A stretch of 62,640 nt of DNA, the filler included, from Dimargaris cristalligena (taxonomy: Eukaryota), in NCBI GenBank assembly GCA_003614675.1. It is 4 parts of 4 records of this genome, joined end to end, with 100 filler letters (N's around TTAATTAATTAA, not from the genome) between each part and the next. Parts side by side here need not be neighbours in the genome. Positions count along the whole stretch, not along the records: positions 15,712 to 31,306 come from ML002882.1; positions 31,407 to 46,991 come from ML002883.1; 2 more parts are not named here. One strand, 5' to 3'. Shown piece by piece: positions 23,601 to 32,826 of the stretch (positions are counted from its first letter, which is position 1; every line of letters begins with the position of its first letter). The notes under the pieces were generated by a model. The model saw nothing but the letters and a program-made list of their open reading frames with translations, made no database searches and was not told where the DNA came from. The translations under genes and the position numbers were made by a program.

Positions 23601-24044
23601 CCCTGTTTTTTTTTCCAGTGCATACACGATAGTAGGTGGGCATGCCCCGCTGGCTGGATAGAGGATTAAGTGAGAGTATATACGGTAGGCTTCTCTAAAC
23701 TAATCATTAAGCCACCAGAGCTCCGCAAGTCCCCTCTATAGCATAATCGCAGTGTTCAGAGCCCCGACACCCTTCCCTCCAGCGTTATCCTGGTCTCTGC
23801 CTCACAATCCCTGTCTTGGAATTTCATCTCTTGTCCTGTCCACTCTCTTTCTCTCTTTTTCTCCCTCTCATTCTCTTTGTTTGGGCCATCTCCGTTGCGC
23901 CTCATTACTTACTCCTACCAGCCCTTCGTTTTGCAGTGTCGCAATCTTCTCCCTCACCCGTACCTCTCGGCTGCGCTACTGCTCCATCTCATAAACATAT
24001 CCCCGTTTTTTAACCCACCCAACAACCCGTTCCAACTCCTCATC

Positions 24045-25533
24045 ATGCACGCCTCGGGTGGTATCGGTATTGCTAACCTGCCCAACCAGCGTCATAAGAT
24101 TGTGACCAAGCTGGGTTCCAACTTCACCGTGATGGTGGTCGGTAAGTCCCTCGTTTTAGCCCTGGACAGCGGACTTGGTTTGCCCTGTGCAACTCGCCGA
24201 TTCCACAGACAAGGCACTCTCATCTAACCCTAAAAGCTCCATCTAGCCCTACTCATCCCTGTACCGCATACCTATTCCCCCACAACTTTGCCCCGCTTTA
24301 GGTGAATCGGGCCTGGGCAAAACCACTTTTATCAACACCATGTTCACTACTTCTATCGTCGAGCCCAAGGACCCTAACCAGCGCCTAAAGAAGCAAACCG
24401 AACGGACCGTTGACATTAGTGTCACCAAGGCCGGTAAGTTGCCTTATACAAACTATCCCCCCCTCCCACCGACACCCCACCAAACTCGGGTTTACTACTG
24501 CCCCCTCCCATTATGTGAGATCCGTCTCCATTAACCGTTAGATACCGCTCTAACAATACCCGATTCTACTTCAATTGCCGACCTTCTTAACAATCCCCCC
24601 TCTTTTCCGTATCCAGAGGTCGAGGAAAAGATGTTCAAGGTCAAACTTAGCATCGTTGATACCCCCGGCTTTGGCGACTACGTCGACAACTCGGAATGCT
24701 GGCTCCCAGTGGTCGATTTCATTGAAAACCAATACGAGTCCTATCTGCGCCAGGAGCAGCAGCCCTCCCGCAAGGGCATCATTGATATGCGTGTTCACGC
24801 TTGCTTGTATTTTATTCGCCCCACGGGCCACACTCTGAAGCCCCTGGATGTGCTGGCCATGAAGGCCATCGGTTCCCGCGTTAATCTGATTCCCGTTATT
24901 GCCAAGGCCGATACCCTCTCGCCCGCCGCCCTGAAGCTCTTTAAGAAGCGGGTGATGGATGTGATCTCCGCCCAAAATATTAACATTTACTGCCCGCCCG
25001 TCGAGAGCGAGGACGAGAGCACCACGGTACGTAACAAAGACATTGTGGCCGCCACACCGTACGCCATCATTGGCAGTCTCGACGAAGTCGAAACCGCCGA
25101 CGGTCGCAAGGTCATTGGCCGCCAATATCCCTGGGGCGTGGCCGAGGTGGAGAACGACCTACACTGCGATTTTAAGAAGCTGCGCAGCCTGTTGATCCGC
25201 ACCCACATGTTGGATCTCGTCTCCACGACTGAGGATGTCCACTATGACAAGTACCGATCCCAACAAATGAAGACCCGCAAGTTCGGCGAGGCCAAGCCCA
25301 AGAAGGGAGACAACAAGCTCTTCAAGGACGAGGAAGAGGCCCTGCGTAAACGTTTTACCGAGCAGGTTAAGATGGAAGAAAACCGCTTCCGTCAATGGGA
25401 ACAGAGCCTTATTTCCGAGCGCGATCGTCTTAACAAGGACCTCGAGGCCGAACACACCCTGGTGAAGCAACTCGAAAATGAAATCGAGAGTCTCCAAACG
25501 GCCAACTCCCCCAAACAGTTCTTCAAGAGATAA
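24045..25533 (+). CDS. CDC12: Septin, Cdc12/Spn4/AspC type. Exons 24045-24141, 24302-24433, 24617-25533; 381 aa.
   Basis: GIANLPNQRHKIV, G1 GESGLGKTT, DTPGFGD, AKAD, GRQYPWG and a C-terminal coiled coil. Both gtaagt...ag introns splice in frame. Confidence 0.95.
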
Positions 25534-26364
25534 TTGCGAAGATTCTCCTTCCCTTCGTGACATTTCTTTATCTCTACGTTTTAATTAAACCTTCGATCAT
25601 CCGTTGCTTGCACTTCCCAATCTCCTCCCCCCTCTATTTTATGACCCCCTTCTTCCGTGCTTTTAAATCCGCTAGCACTTAATTATATCGTGACCGGGAC
25701 TCGGTCTAGTCTTATTAGCCCGCCACTGAGTTACTTGAACTCACCGTGTGTGATCCAGTTTCGATGATGCCTGTTCCCCTATTTTCGTTGTTGTTCCGAA
25801 TAATCGCTCAGCCTTCTCTGTACCCCCGGATACCATATCAACGCATCCCCCCGCTCACTTGGGCGACCCTTTTCCGTTCCAAATAATGGTTCGTAGCATT
25901 TCCTGTGTCATGTTTGTTCCTTTTTTTTTACACCGTATTTCCAATATTTCAGCCCATTAAACTGTTTTACGATATTCCCTCACCACACTCTTAATGTCCT
26001 TTGTCTTTCGCTCAACCGACTTTTTGTTTTAAAATAACTTAACATCAATATACATTAGCTTTAATTACCTCAGTTGGTCGGTATTTGGTATTTTGGGCCT
26101 CTCTGGTGGCCAATCCCGTATTGTGCTCGACCAGAGCAAATCATTATCATTTTAAAAATCCCGGGGCTTGGTAAGTTTTATTATTATCCGGATTTAAGGG
26201 CTTAGGATGTTCAATTTAGAAAGGTATTTATTGGGATAGTCCCCCCAAACGAAACCGTATGGAGCTTGTGATGTAATATTAACCAGTCTCAGGGTATTTT
26301 AGGGACGTGTTATAGCCATAGCAGGTTGTGCGGGCGGCTACCGTGTACCCTTGTGGACTGATTC

Positions 26365-27243
26365 TTAGGGAGTGATGGAGTTGATAATCGCCGAATTCGT
26401 CATGGTCTCCGTAACGGGGGCCCGTGGGCCAGCCAGAGGATGCTTCAAGGCATCGTGGACAATGGCCCGGCCAAGCAGGGCCGTGGAAATAGCCATACTC
26501 TTAGTACTCATGATATAGCTCAACGCCCGCACAGAGTGGTGTACCAGACGTTCCAGCGACCGAGCTTCCTCACGCTCGCACATGAGCATACCTGGCTGAA
26601 AAATGGCCAAGCGACCGAAACCCAGTTGCTTTAACCGATGCTCGGCCTCGCCCTTGGTGCGGGTATAAAGCATACGGGAATGGCGGTCGGCCCCTAGCGA
26701 CGTCACGAGGGCCAAGTACAGGTCGTTGTCGGCCTTCGGCTGGTCCGTAACATCACCATCGGCGTCGGTATTGGTGCCGGTACTGGGGGCGACGGACGTC
26801 CCATTAGCCCGCGCGAACTGTTCAGCGAAGGCCACCACGTAGTCATGGTCAACCTTGTGAAAGCCCTCCGCCCCCGATTTGGCGCGGGTCGTTCCGAGGC
26901 AGCAAAACGCGTGAGTATGCCCTTCAAACAAGGGTAGTTGCGCGGGTTCCCCCAGTTGGTCGAAATCGGTCATTGTATGCTGAACCCAACGGGTGGCGAC
27001 GGCCCGCGACCGGGCTTCCGCGTCAGCGCTGAAAGTAGCCTGGGACCGTTCATCGGGAATGGTGCGGCGGGCCAGGGTGGTTACTTGTTCAAAGGCCCCG
27101 CTGGTGAGGAGGGCTTGAAGAACTTCCTTGCCCACTTCGCCGGTCGCTCCAATGAGAATGGCCCGAGGGGAACGGGCGGCGTAGGCGGTCTGAAAAGACG
27201 AGACTTGGGCCAGAATGGCACTTTGGGCGGGATCAGCGGACAT
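26365..27243 (-). CDS. HTATIP2: TIP30/HTATIP2 (Fmp52-like) NAD(P)-binding oxidoreductase, 292 aa
   Basis: LIGATGEVG Rossmann motif, AFCCLGTTRAKSGAEGFHKVDHDY and YTRTKGEAE. Confidence 0.9.
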   Translation of the reverse strand: MSADPAQSAILAQVSSFQTAYAARSPRAILIGATGEVGKEVLQALLTSGAFEQVTTLARRTIPDERSQATFSADAEARSRAVATRWVQHTMTDFDQLGEPAQLPLFEGHTHAFCCLGTTRAKSGAEGFHKVDHDYVVAFAEQFARANGTSVAPSTGTNTDADGDVTDQPKADNDLYLALVTSLGADRHSRMLYTRTKGEAEHRLKQLGFGRLAIFQPGMLMCEREEARSLERLVHHSVRALSYIMSTKSMAISTALLGRAIVHDALKHPLAGPRAPVTETMTNSAIINSITP

Positions 27244-28130
27244 GGTGAAAATGTATATAGCTATATATAGCTATATATAGATATATACTAACAATGGGGG
27301 TGTACGGACAATAAGAGGTAATACGGTAGTTAATTAAGGGTGGGTAGAGAGGTAAGAGAAAATGTGTGAGAGTGGTTGAACTAGTAAACAAATTTGACAG
27401 TGTGGGGCAAGGAGGGTTTTGTTGTCTCTATAAATAGGTGGGGGGGATGTTTCAGCAAGGGGGCAGCTAGATGACGTTGGCCAAGTGGTGAACCAGAGTC
27501 TTTAACTAAAGTTCCAACTCCCTCTATTCAGTCTTCCGGCTGACTAATTATTTAAGGAGTGATGGGGAAAGGGTGTCGCCACAGCCATGTAAAGCTACTG
27601 GGGGATGTTTTAAGTGCAACTGACGTTTACCGCTCCATTATTCTCACAAGCAAATACCAAACCCATAATATTACCACGCACTTCACACTTGTGTTATGGC
27701 CGGACCTGATTAACCCTTAAAAGCACACCCTGGCCAAACTGGTTGAATTTTGAAAAACGTAAAGACCATCACTGGAGGTCCGACCTTCAGCATTCATAAC
27801 TACCCGTTGGGTATTCCAGTACTATGGTAGCACCAGTAGGTCGCTATGTTTATGTTCTTTTATTACTAACCAAGTTTTATATAAATACCCGCTGGGCATT
27901 CTCCCAATATAATTAAGCAGTTTTACACTATTCAAGTTTACAGTTAGTTCTTCCCAGTGATCTCCGTTTACCACCGGGCTATCACTTATAAAGTTATCAA
28001 GTCCCGTTGCATTGTGCAGTAAGTTCAGTCACAACATAGGCATCCAATTGGCTAATTGCGGTGTAATACAATTTTATAAGTGATATCGGATGCTGGGATG
28101 ACCCATTGAGACGGACCAGTAAATAAGTCA

Positions 28131-28272
28131 ATCTGGGTGAAATTCAAACCAGATGTATAAGGTCTTACAATATACGTGTATGGACGAATATGTGAGAATA
28201 TCTTTTAACCAGTAATATTGGCCTCATCCAATGGATTTTTCATTATACAGCCTGAATGAACTTCTCCCATCT
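28131..28272 (+). mobile_element. MITE copy, full length (element 28135-28268, TSD ATCT)
   Basis: atct-GGGTGAAATTC...TTATACAGCCTGAATGAACTTCTCCC-atct. The non-palindromic 4-bp direct repeat is present on both sides. Confidence 0.9.
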
Positions 28273-28281
28273 TTATAATTC

Positions 28282-28306
28282 TGGTTGGATTGAGTCAATC
28301 CAACCA
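28282..28306. repeat. 25-bp palindrome
   Basis: TGGTTGGATTGA-g-TCAATCCAACCA. Confidence 0.85.
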
Positions 28307-28433
28307 TATAGTACACAAGGAGGGGGCGATGTAAAACACTTGTTGACCTAGCGGTGCCCTGATACGAAAATAATTTTAAAAAAATGACTCAGGGCTATAG
28401 TTGACGGGTTCCAGCATGCGAGAGAGACATTAC

Positions 28434-29183
28434 TTACACCCGGGCAGGCAAGGTGGCCTCCCTAACTTGCGGGCCACGTCTGGTAGCCACTTGGCCATTG
28501 GGTGATCGGTGGAGCACGGCTGGGGAGTATGCATTCGGTCTATCCCAAGCCTGTACATTCATATGCTTATTATCGTACCGAAGGCCTTGTCGGGCAATGA
28601 TTGAGGTGAGGTCCTCTCTGGCCCACCTCTTAAATTCCGGGGTGGCGGCAAGTGGGGCGACCAGGAAAACATCAATGCGAGTATTACTTCCCGATTCCAA
28701 TAAAAAGATGTCCCTCACGAAGGCGTTGGCGTTTTCGAACTCGCGGGTGCCAGCCATCAACAGGTTGCACATGTATAATCCATCGGATCCATAATGAAGT
28801 AGGATGGCTACAGATCCCTCAGGGCAGCGAGGGATTTCGGTATATTCGCCATGCACTAAAAGGGTGGGGATATAGTCGTTGTTGAACTTGATTTCTTTTA
28901 AAACGGACAGAATGATGCCTCGGACGGACGGTTTTAATTGAGAGGCTAAGTTTGGAGTTAATTAGGGACAGGGCCAGAGCACATGGGGTAAAGCAAAATG
29001 CATTCAGTCCAGTTAGGGGAGTCGGTAGGGCCTCGTTAAGCTCGACAATAACAATATTAAATATGCTGAACCAGTTATTATTTTCTCGTATTTCTCTCCC
29101 CCACAAGGTCACATAGTACCCTAAATCAACTTACCTATTTCGGTGGGGAAGTGCGCACCAGATAGAACAGCCATCGAATGCAT
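28434..29183 (-). CDS. Hypothetical protein. Exons 29183-29135 and 28945-28434, 186 aa.
   Basis: Intron 29134-28946 (gtaagt...ctaat...ttag) joins MHSMAVLSGAHFPTEI-A-SQLKPSVRG in frame with the 140-aa ORF. No family recognised. A gtaagt overlapping the stop codon could indicate a further exon. Confidence 0.55.
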
Positions 29184-29899
29184 TAGGATTGCCTGTATTT
29201 AAGATACGGACGCGAAATCAATTTTAACCCACAACCTAACGGTTTAAATTACTGGGAGGAGTAGAGCAGGATGGGTGGGGGGTAAGCGAGCGAGTATATA
29301 ATCTAAAGACACAAAAGACTTATTATTCGAGAAGGCTTTGAAAATAGTCAGATGCAGTACCCAACGTCGCGGAGGAACAAACCGGACTTTATACTGGAAT
29401 ACCGGGTCTCGGTATGTCCGGTTTTACTACAATCGTGATTGGTCAACTTCATTATTGTTATAATGAGAAAACTGATCATCTAAGCTTGTCGGTCGATTCT
29501 TAAATTACTAGAACGTATGACCCGGCCGAAGGGCGATATTAAAAGAAGCGTATATGGCTGAACTACTGTGAACCATGGGACCTTGGATTTTTTTTTTTAA
29601 TAAAAGCCATTTTACAGCCACATCATAATCGGTGCCGGGCTTAGCACAAAGCGAGCCATTTGCGATTGACCCTACTTGGCTTGATTTAAAACCTAACTAT
29701 AGACCTGTCCCTACGAACCATCCCACTCACTAATCAGTGAACATCGTAGATTCTAATTTCAAGAGTAATGTTCTTGAAAGTGACAGAATTTATCAACATC
29801 TTAGGTCTAGGTATGAATAAAAGGGAAGACAGGAGAAGGGGGTCTGGGTTATACCCTTTATCTTCATGAAATTAATGGAAAAGGTTGCGGCCTTCCAAC

Positions 29900-30760
29900 C
29901 ATTATATTACCTGATGTAGCCATGGTCGATTAATAATTCTGTTGAATATGCCATCTAGTAGTGTTGTCATAGAACTAGGAAGATCAATACAATAGGGAAG
30001 AACATACCCTTCAGGCCATTCTTTATACAGGGATGTGGAGAACATTGATTGGGTGCTATAATAAATGAGGGTAGCTTGCCAATAGTATGGCAGACTAGGA
30101 AAGCCTGTTTCCAATTGATGAGCAATCCTGGTCAAAATAGAAATTGGAGGTAACTGGGATAAATAATGTATAATCCATACCCAATATTGATCACCCATCT
30201 TAGCCATACAGGATTCACTTGGTGCTTGAATATTTTGTATAACTTGTTCTTAATATAGATGCCGATTCTAAAAACCCATGCATCAGCCATAGGAACAGCT
30301 GTAGTATGGGCAGTCATCCTTCAGAAGGCCCACCCATGAATCATTAAAAAAGGATAATCAACTAGTTTTGAGGATTCATAACAGAGCCACCACCTGGAGA
30401 AGTACAGCAATAATGGTCCAGTATCTGACTATGTTAGAATGTTTGAATGAATAAATGAAAACCACAAGCTTTATTATATAAGGAAATAATCACTAGGAAA
30501 AATAGTAATGAATAAGGAAGAAAGCCACAAAGAGAAAACAACAACTCCAGTTGAGTTGTTTTATTGAATAGAGGACACACCCATAGCCAGAAGGGGATGT
30601 GGCCACTGTAAAGTGAATAAAATAGTACTCACAAGAGCTGAACAAGAATCACAATAGATCAGGTGATTTCTAACAGACTATGCTATTCAATTATGAGGGT
30701 AAACAATGGGTTCATCAGCCCTTATGGGCCAATAAGACATAAAATTATTTATCTCAATAA
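29900..30760 (-). pseudogene. CpG-depleted decayed transposon remnant (possibly a LINE pol 3' part)
   Basis: Broken, overlapping minus-strand ORFs (29902-30207, 30132-30317) and about one CpG per kb. No diagnostic motif identified. Confidence 0.3.
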
Positions 30761-30776
30761 AAAAGTCAAGGTATTG

Positions 30777-30920
30777 ATATGGGAGAAGTTCATCCAAGCT
30801 GTATAATGAAAAATCCATTAGATTCTGCCAATATTACTAGTTTAAAATACATTTCCCATATATTTTCCCATACATGTATAATGCAAACCCTTATATAGCA
30901 GGGCTGAATTTCACCCATAT
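30777..30920 (-). mobile_element. MITE copy, full length, inverted (element 30781-30916, TSD ATAT)
   Basis: atat-GGGAGAAGTTCATCCAAGCTGTATAA...TTATATAGCAGGGCTGAATTTCACCC-atat. Confidence 0.9.
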
Positions 30921-31237
30921 TGTGTATTTTGTAGTGGTATCATTACTATACCCATTTAATATAATGTATATCTGTCTCATTTTATAACCTATGCTATTGT
31001 ACATTTGATATTACTGGAATATTATATATATTCTTGGAACTATTTTATTAAGTATTTATACTAGATTTTTTCCACCAATATTATAATGAGATACGACTTA
31101 TAATTTGAACAATTTTCTGGGTAATAAGACATATTTCTAATACACAACTTAATGTATACTTTTAATATCCCACACAATAAAAACCTATTTGATAGAAAAG
31201 GCATAATAATCTATGATATAAAAATATCAAAAATAAA

Positions 31238-31262
31238 TGCGCCCTTCGTGGATTGAACACGA

Positions 31263-31303
<41 letters not shown>

Positions 31304-31306
31304 AGG
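31238..31306 (-). tRNA. trnF-GAA: tRNA-Phe(GAA), intronless. The 5' four nt are lost at the contig end.
   Basis: Reverse complement CCT TA GCTC AGTTGGGA GAGC G TCAGA CTGAAGA TCTGA AGGTC TCGTG TTCAATC CACGA AGGGCGC A. Followed by TTTATTTTT, a Pol III terminator. Confidence 0.95.
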
Positions 31307-31406
31307 NNNNNNNNNNNNNNNNNNNNNNNNNNNNNNNNNNNNNNNNNNNNTTAATTAATTAANNNNNNNNNNNNNNNNNNNNNNNNNNNNNNNNNNNNNN
31401 NNNNNN
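31307..31406. other. Artificial contig spacer
   Basis: N44-TTAATTAATTAA-N44. Confidence 0.98.
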
Positions 31407-31461
31407 TTTCCAGAAAGCCACCCCTGGCTCATTTGTCCCAAGAGACGCCAAGAAGTACATG
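31407..31461 (+). repeat. 55-bp terminal direct repeat, copy 1 (contig start)
   Basis: tttccagaaagccacccctggctcatttgtcccaagagacgccaagaagtacatg is identical to 46937-46991. Confidence 0.97.
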
Positions 31462-31492
31462 CCCCTGGTCCTCAACCGTATCGTCCACACCA

Positions 31493-31636
31493 ATATGGGT
31501 GAAATCCGATCCAGCTGTATAAGGTTTTTAATGATAAGTGTATCTGATAATATACGTGAGATTTATTTTTAACTAGTAATATTTGCTTCATCCAACAGAT
31601 TTTTCGTTATACAGCTCGGTTGAACCCCTCCCATAT
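31493..31636 (+). mobile_element. MITE copy, full length (element 31497-31632, TSD ATAT)
   Basis: atat-GGGTGAAATCCGATCCAGCTGTATAA...TTATACAGCTCGGTTGAACCCCTCCC-atat. Confidence 0.9.
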
Positions 31637-32376
31637 GTTCATAATCATCCGTCTTGGGCATGTTGCCCCCTTTACTCTTTTGGGCCTATCTCACCCAACT
31701 TCTAATCAATCCCGAGAATTTTTGGCCACTGTCCCGATACTTTATTCAATATATCGACAGGTTTTTCCTCTCTGACCCTGTCTGAACCACCAATGTGGCT
31801 CGATACTCAAAATAACCAACCACTTCCACCCCTTATAAACTCACCATACGATTGCATATTTGCTTTCATAGTTTCGTGGTGTTCAGCTTAAAAATACCTA
31901 TACTATATACGCCTAGGCAACCATTCCCTCTACTAGTGACGGAATGGTCTGGTATCTATTCAGTATAGTCGGATGCACGTGCATATGGAATTTTACTAGA
32001 ACTCATAAAAGAAGTCTACAATTTTCAAGTCGAATACCATTTGGGCGAGTGCAGTTATATAAATCAAGTTTTATTGAATTTTAGAGAAGTGATTTAAACT
32101 GCCCTACTTCATATATTATACCACAAACCACAAGATATGAATAATGATCAAGCATGTTGCCAACTGTTCTTAAAGACATTATTATGTATATATAAATACA
32201 TGTACACAAAGCAACAAGAAAAAGCAAAAAAATACAATAGGTATATCACAGGGGAGCAGGAGTAATGCTGCTAGTGAAGGATTAGCATGGATATGTTTTG
32301 GCAATTATAACAGCAATAGATGTCCCAGATAAGCTATAGTACCGGTCTCTGCTTCGCCTACGTTTGGCTGAATGGG

Positions 32377-32826
32377 TCACTGGTTGTTTGAGTCGCGCCA
32401 GTTACGGTACGTCTTTATCATCTTGTCACCAAACAATAAGCCACCGACTCCACCAACGACTGTACCAACCCCTGGGAGGAGGGCTGTGCCGATGGCAGCA
32501 CCGGTTAAACCAGTCGTGGCCTGGGCCGAAGTGGAACCCACCGAACGTTTCTTCAAAAGCGGTTTGTCGGTGAGACTGCCCTCGCCAGATTGTTCCCCGC
32601 GCATTCTCAGATGCGGGTTGTCGTGGATATTACCGTTGGTGGTGCGCACGTCACGCCTCTTAAGTGGTGGTTTGTCGCCGGCATTGCCCCTGGCGGGTGG
32701 CCCGCTGCGCCTCCTCAGAAGTGGTTTGTTGTCGATATTACCCTTGGCGGAGGCAGGGCTAGCGTGGACCATGGCCATGGTGCCAAAAATTGCCAAAAAG
32801 AGGGCGAGGGAGAAAATAATCTTCAT
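32377..32826 (-). CDS. Secreted Kex2-processed repeat protein with C-terminal glycine-zipper peptide (149 aa), paralog of 9171-9479
   Basis: Signal MKIIFSLALFLAIFGTMAMVHA. Four 18-aa units end PLLRRR, PPLKRR, PHLRMR and PLLKKR. These are followed by GLTGAAIGTALLPGVGTVVGGVGGLLFG..KTYRNWRD. Confidence 0.85.
   Translation of the reverse strand: MKIIFSLALFLAIFGTMAMVHASPASAKGNIDNKPLLRRRSGPPARGNAGDKPPLKRRDVRTTNGNIHDNPHLRMRGEQSGEGSLTDKPLLKKRSVGSTSAQATTGLTGAAIGTALLPGVGTVVGGVGGLLFGDKMIKTYRNWRDSNNQ

Noticed and set aside
20685-23650. Several 100-170 aa ORFs between the divergent kelch-BTB and septin genes
   Set aside because: Low-complexity translations of purine/pyrimidine-skewed UTR and promoter sequence, with no motifs or codon bias.
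27252-27288. Palindromic tatatagctatatatagctatata run upstream of HTATIP2, and (TA)n runs at ~16190, ~34990 and ~56800
   Set aside because: Simple TA microsatellites, which are trivially self-complementary.
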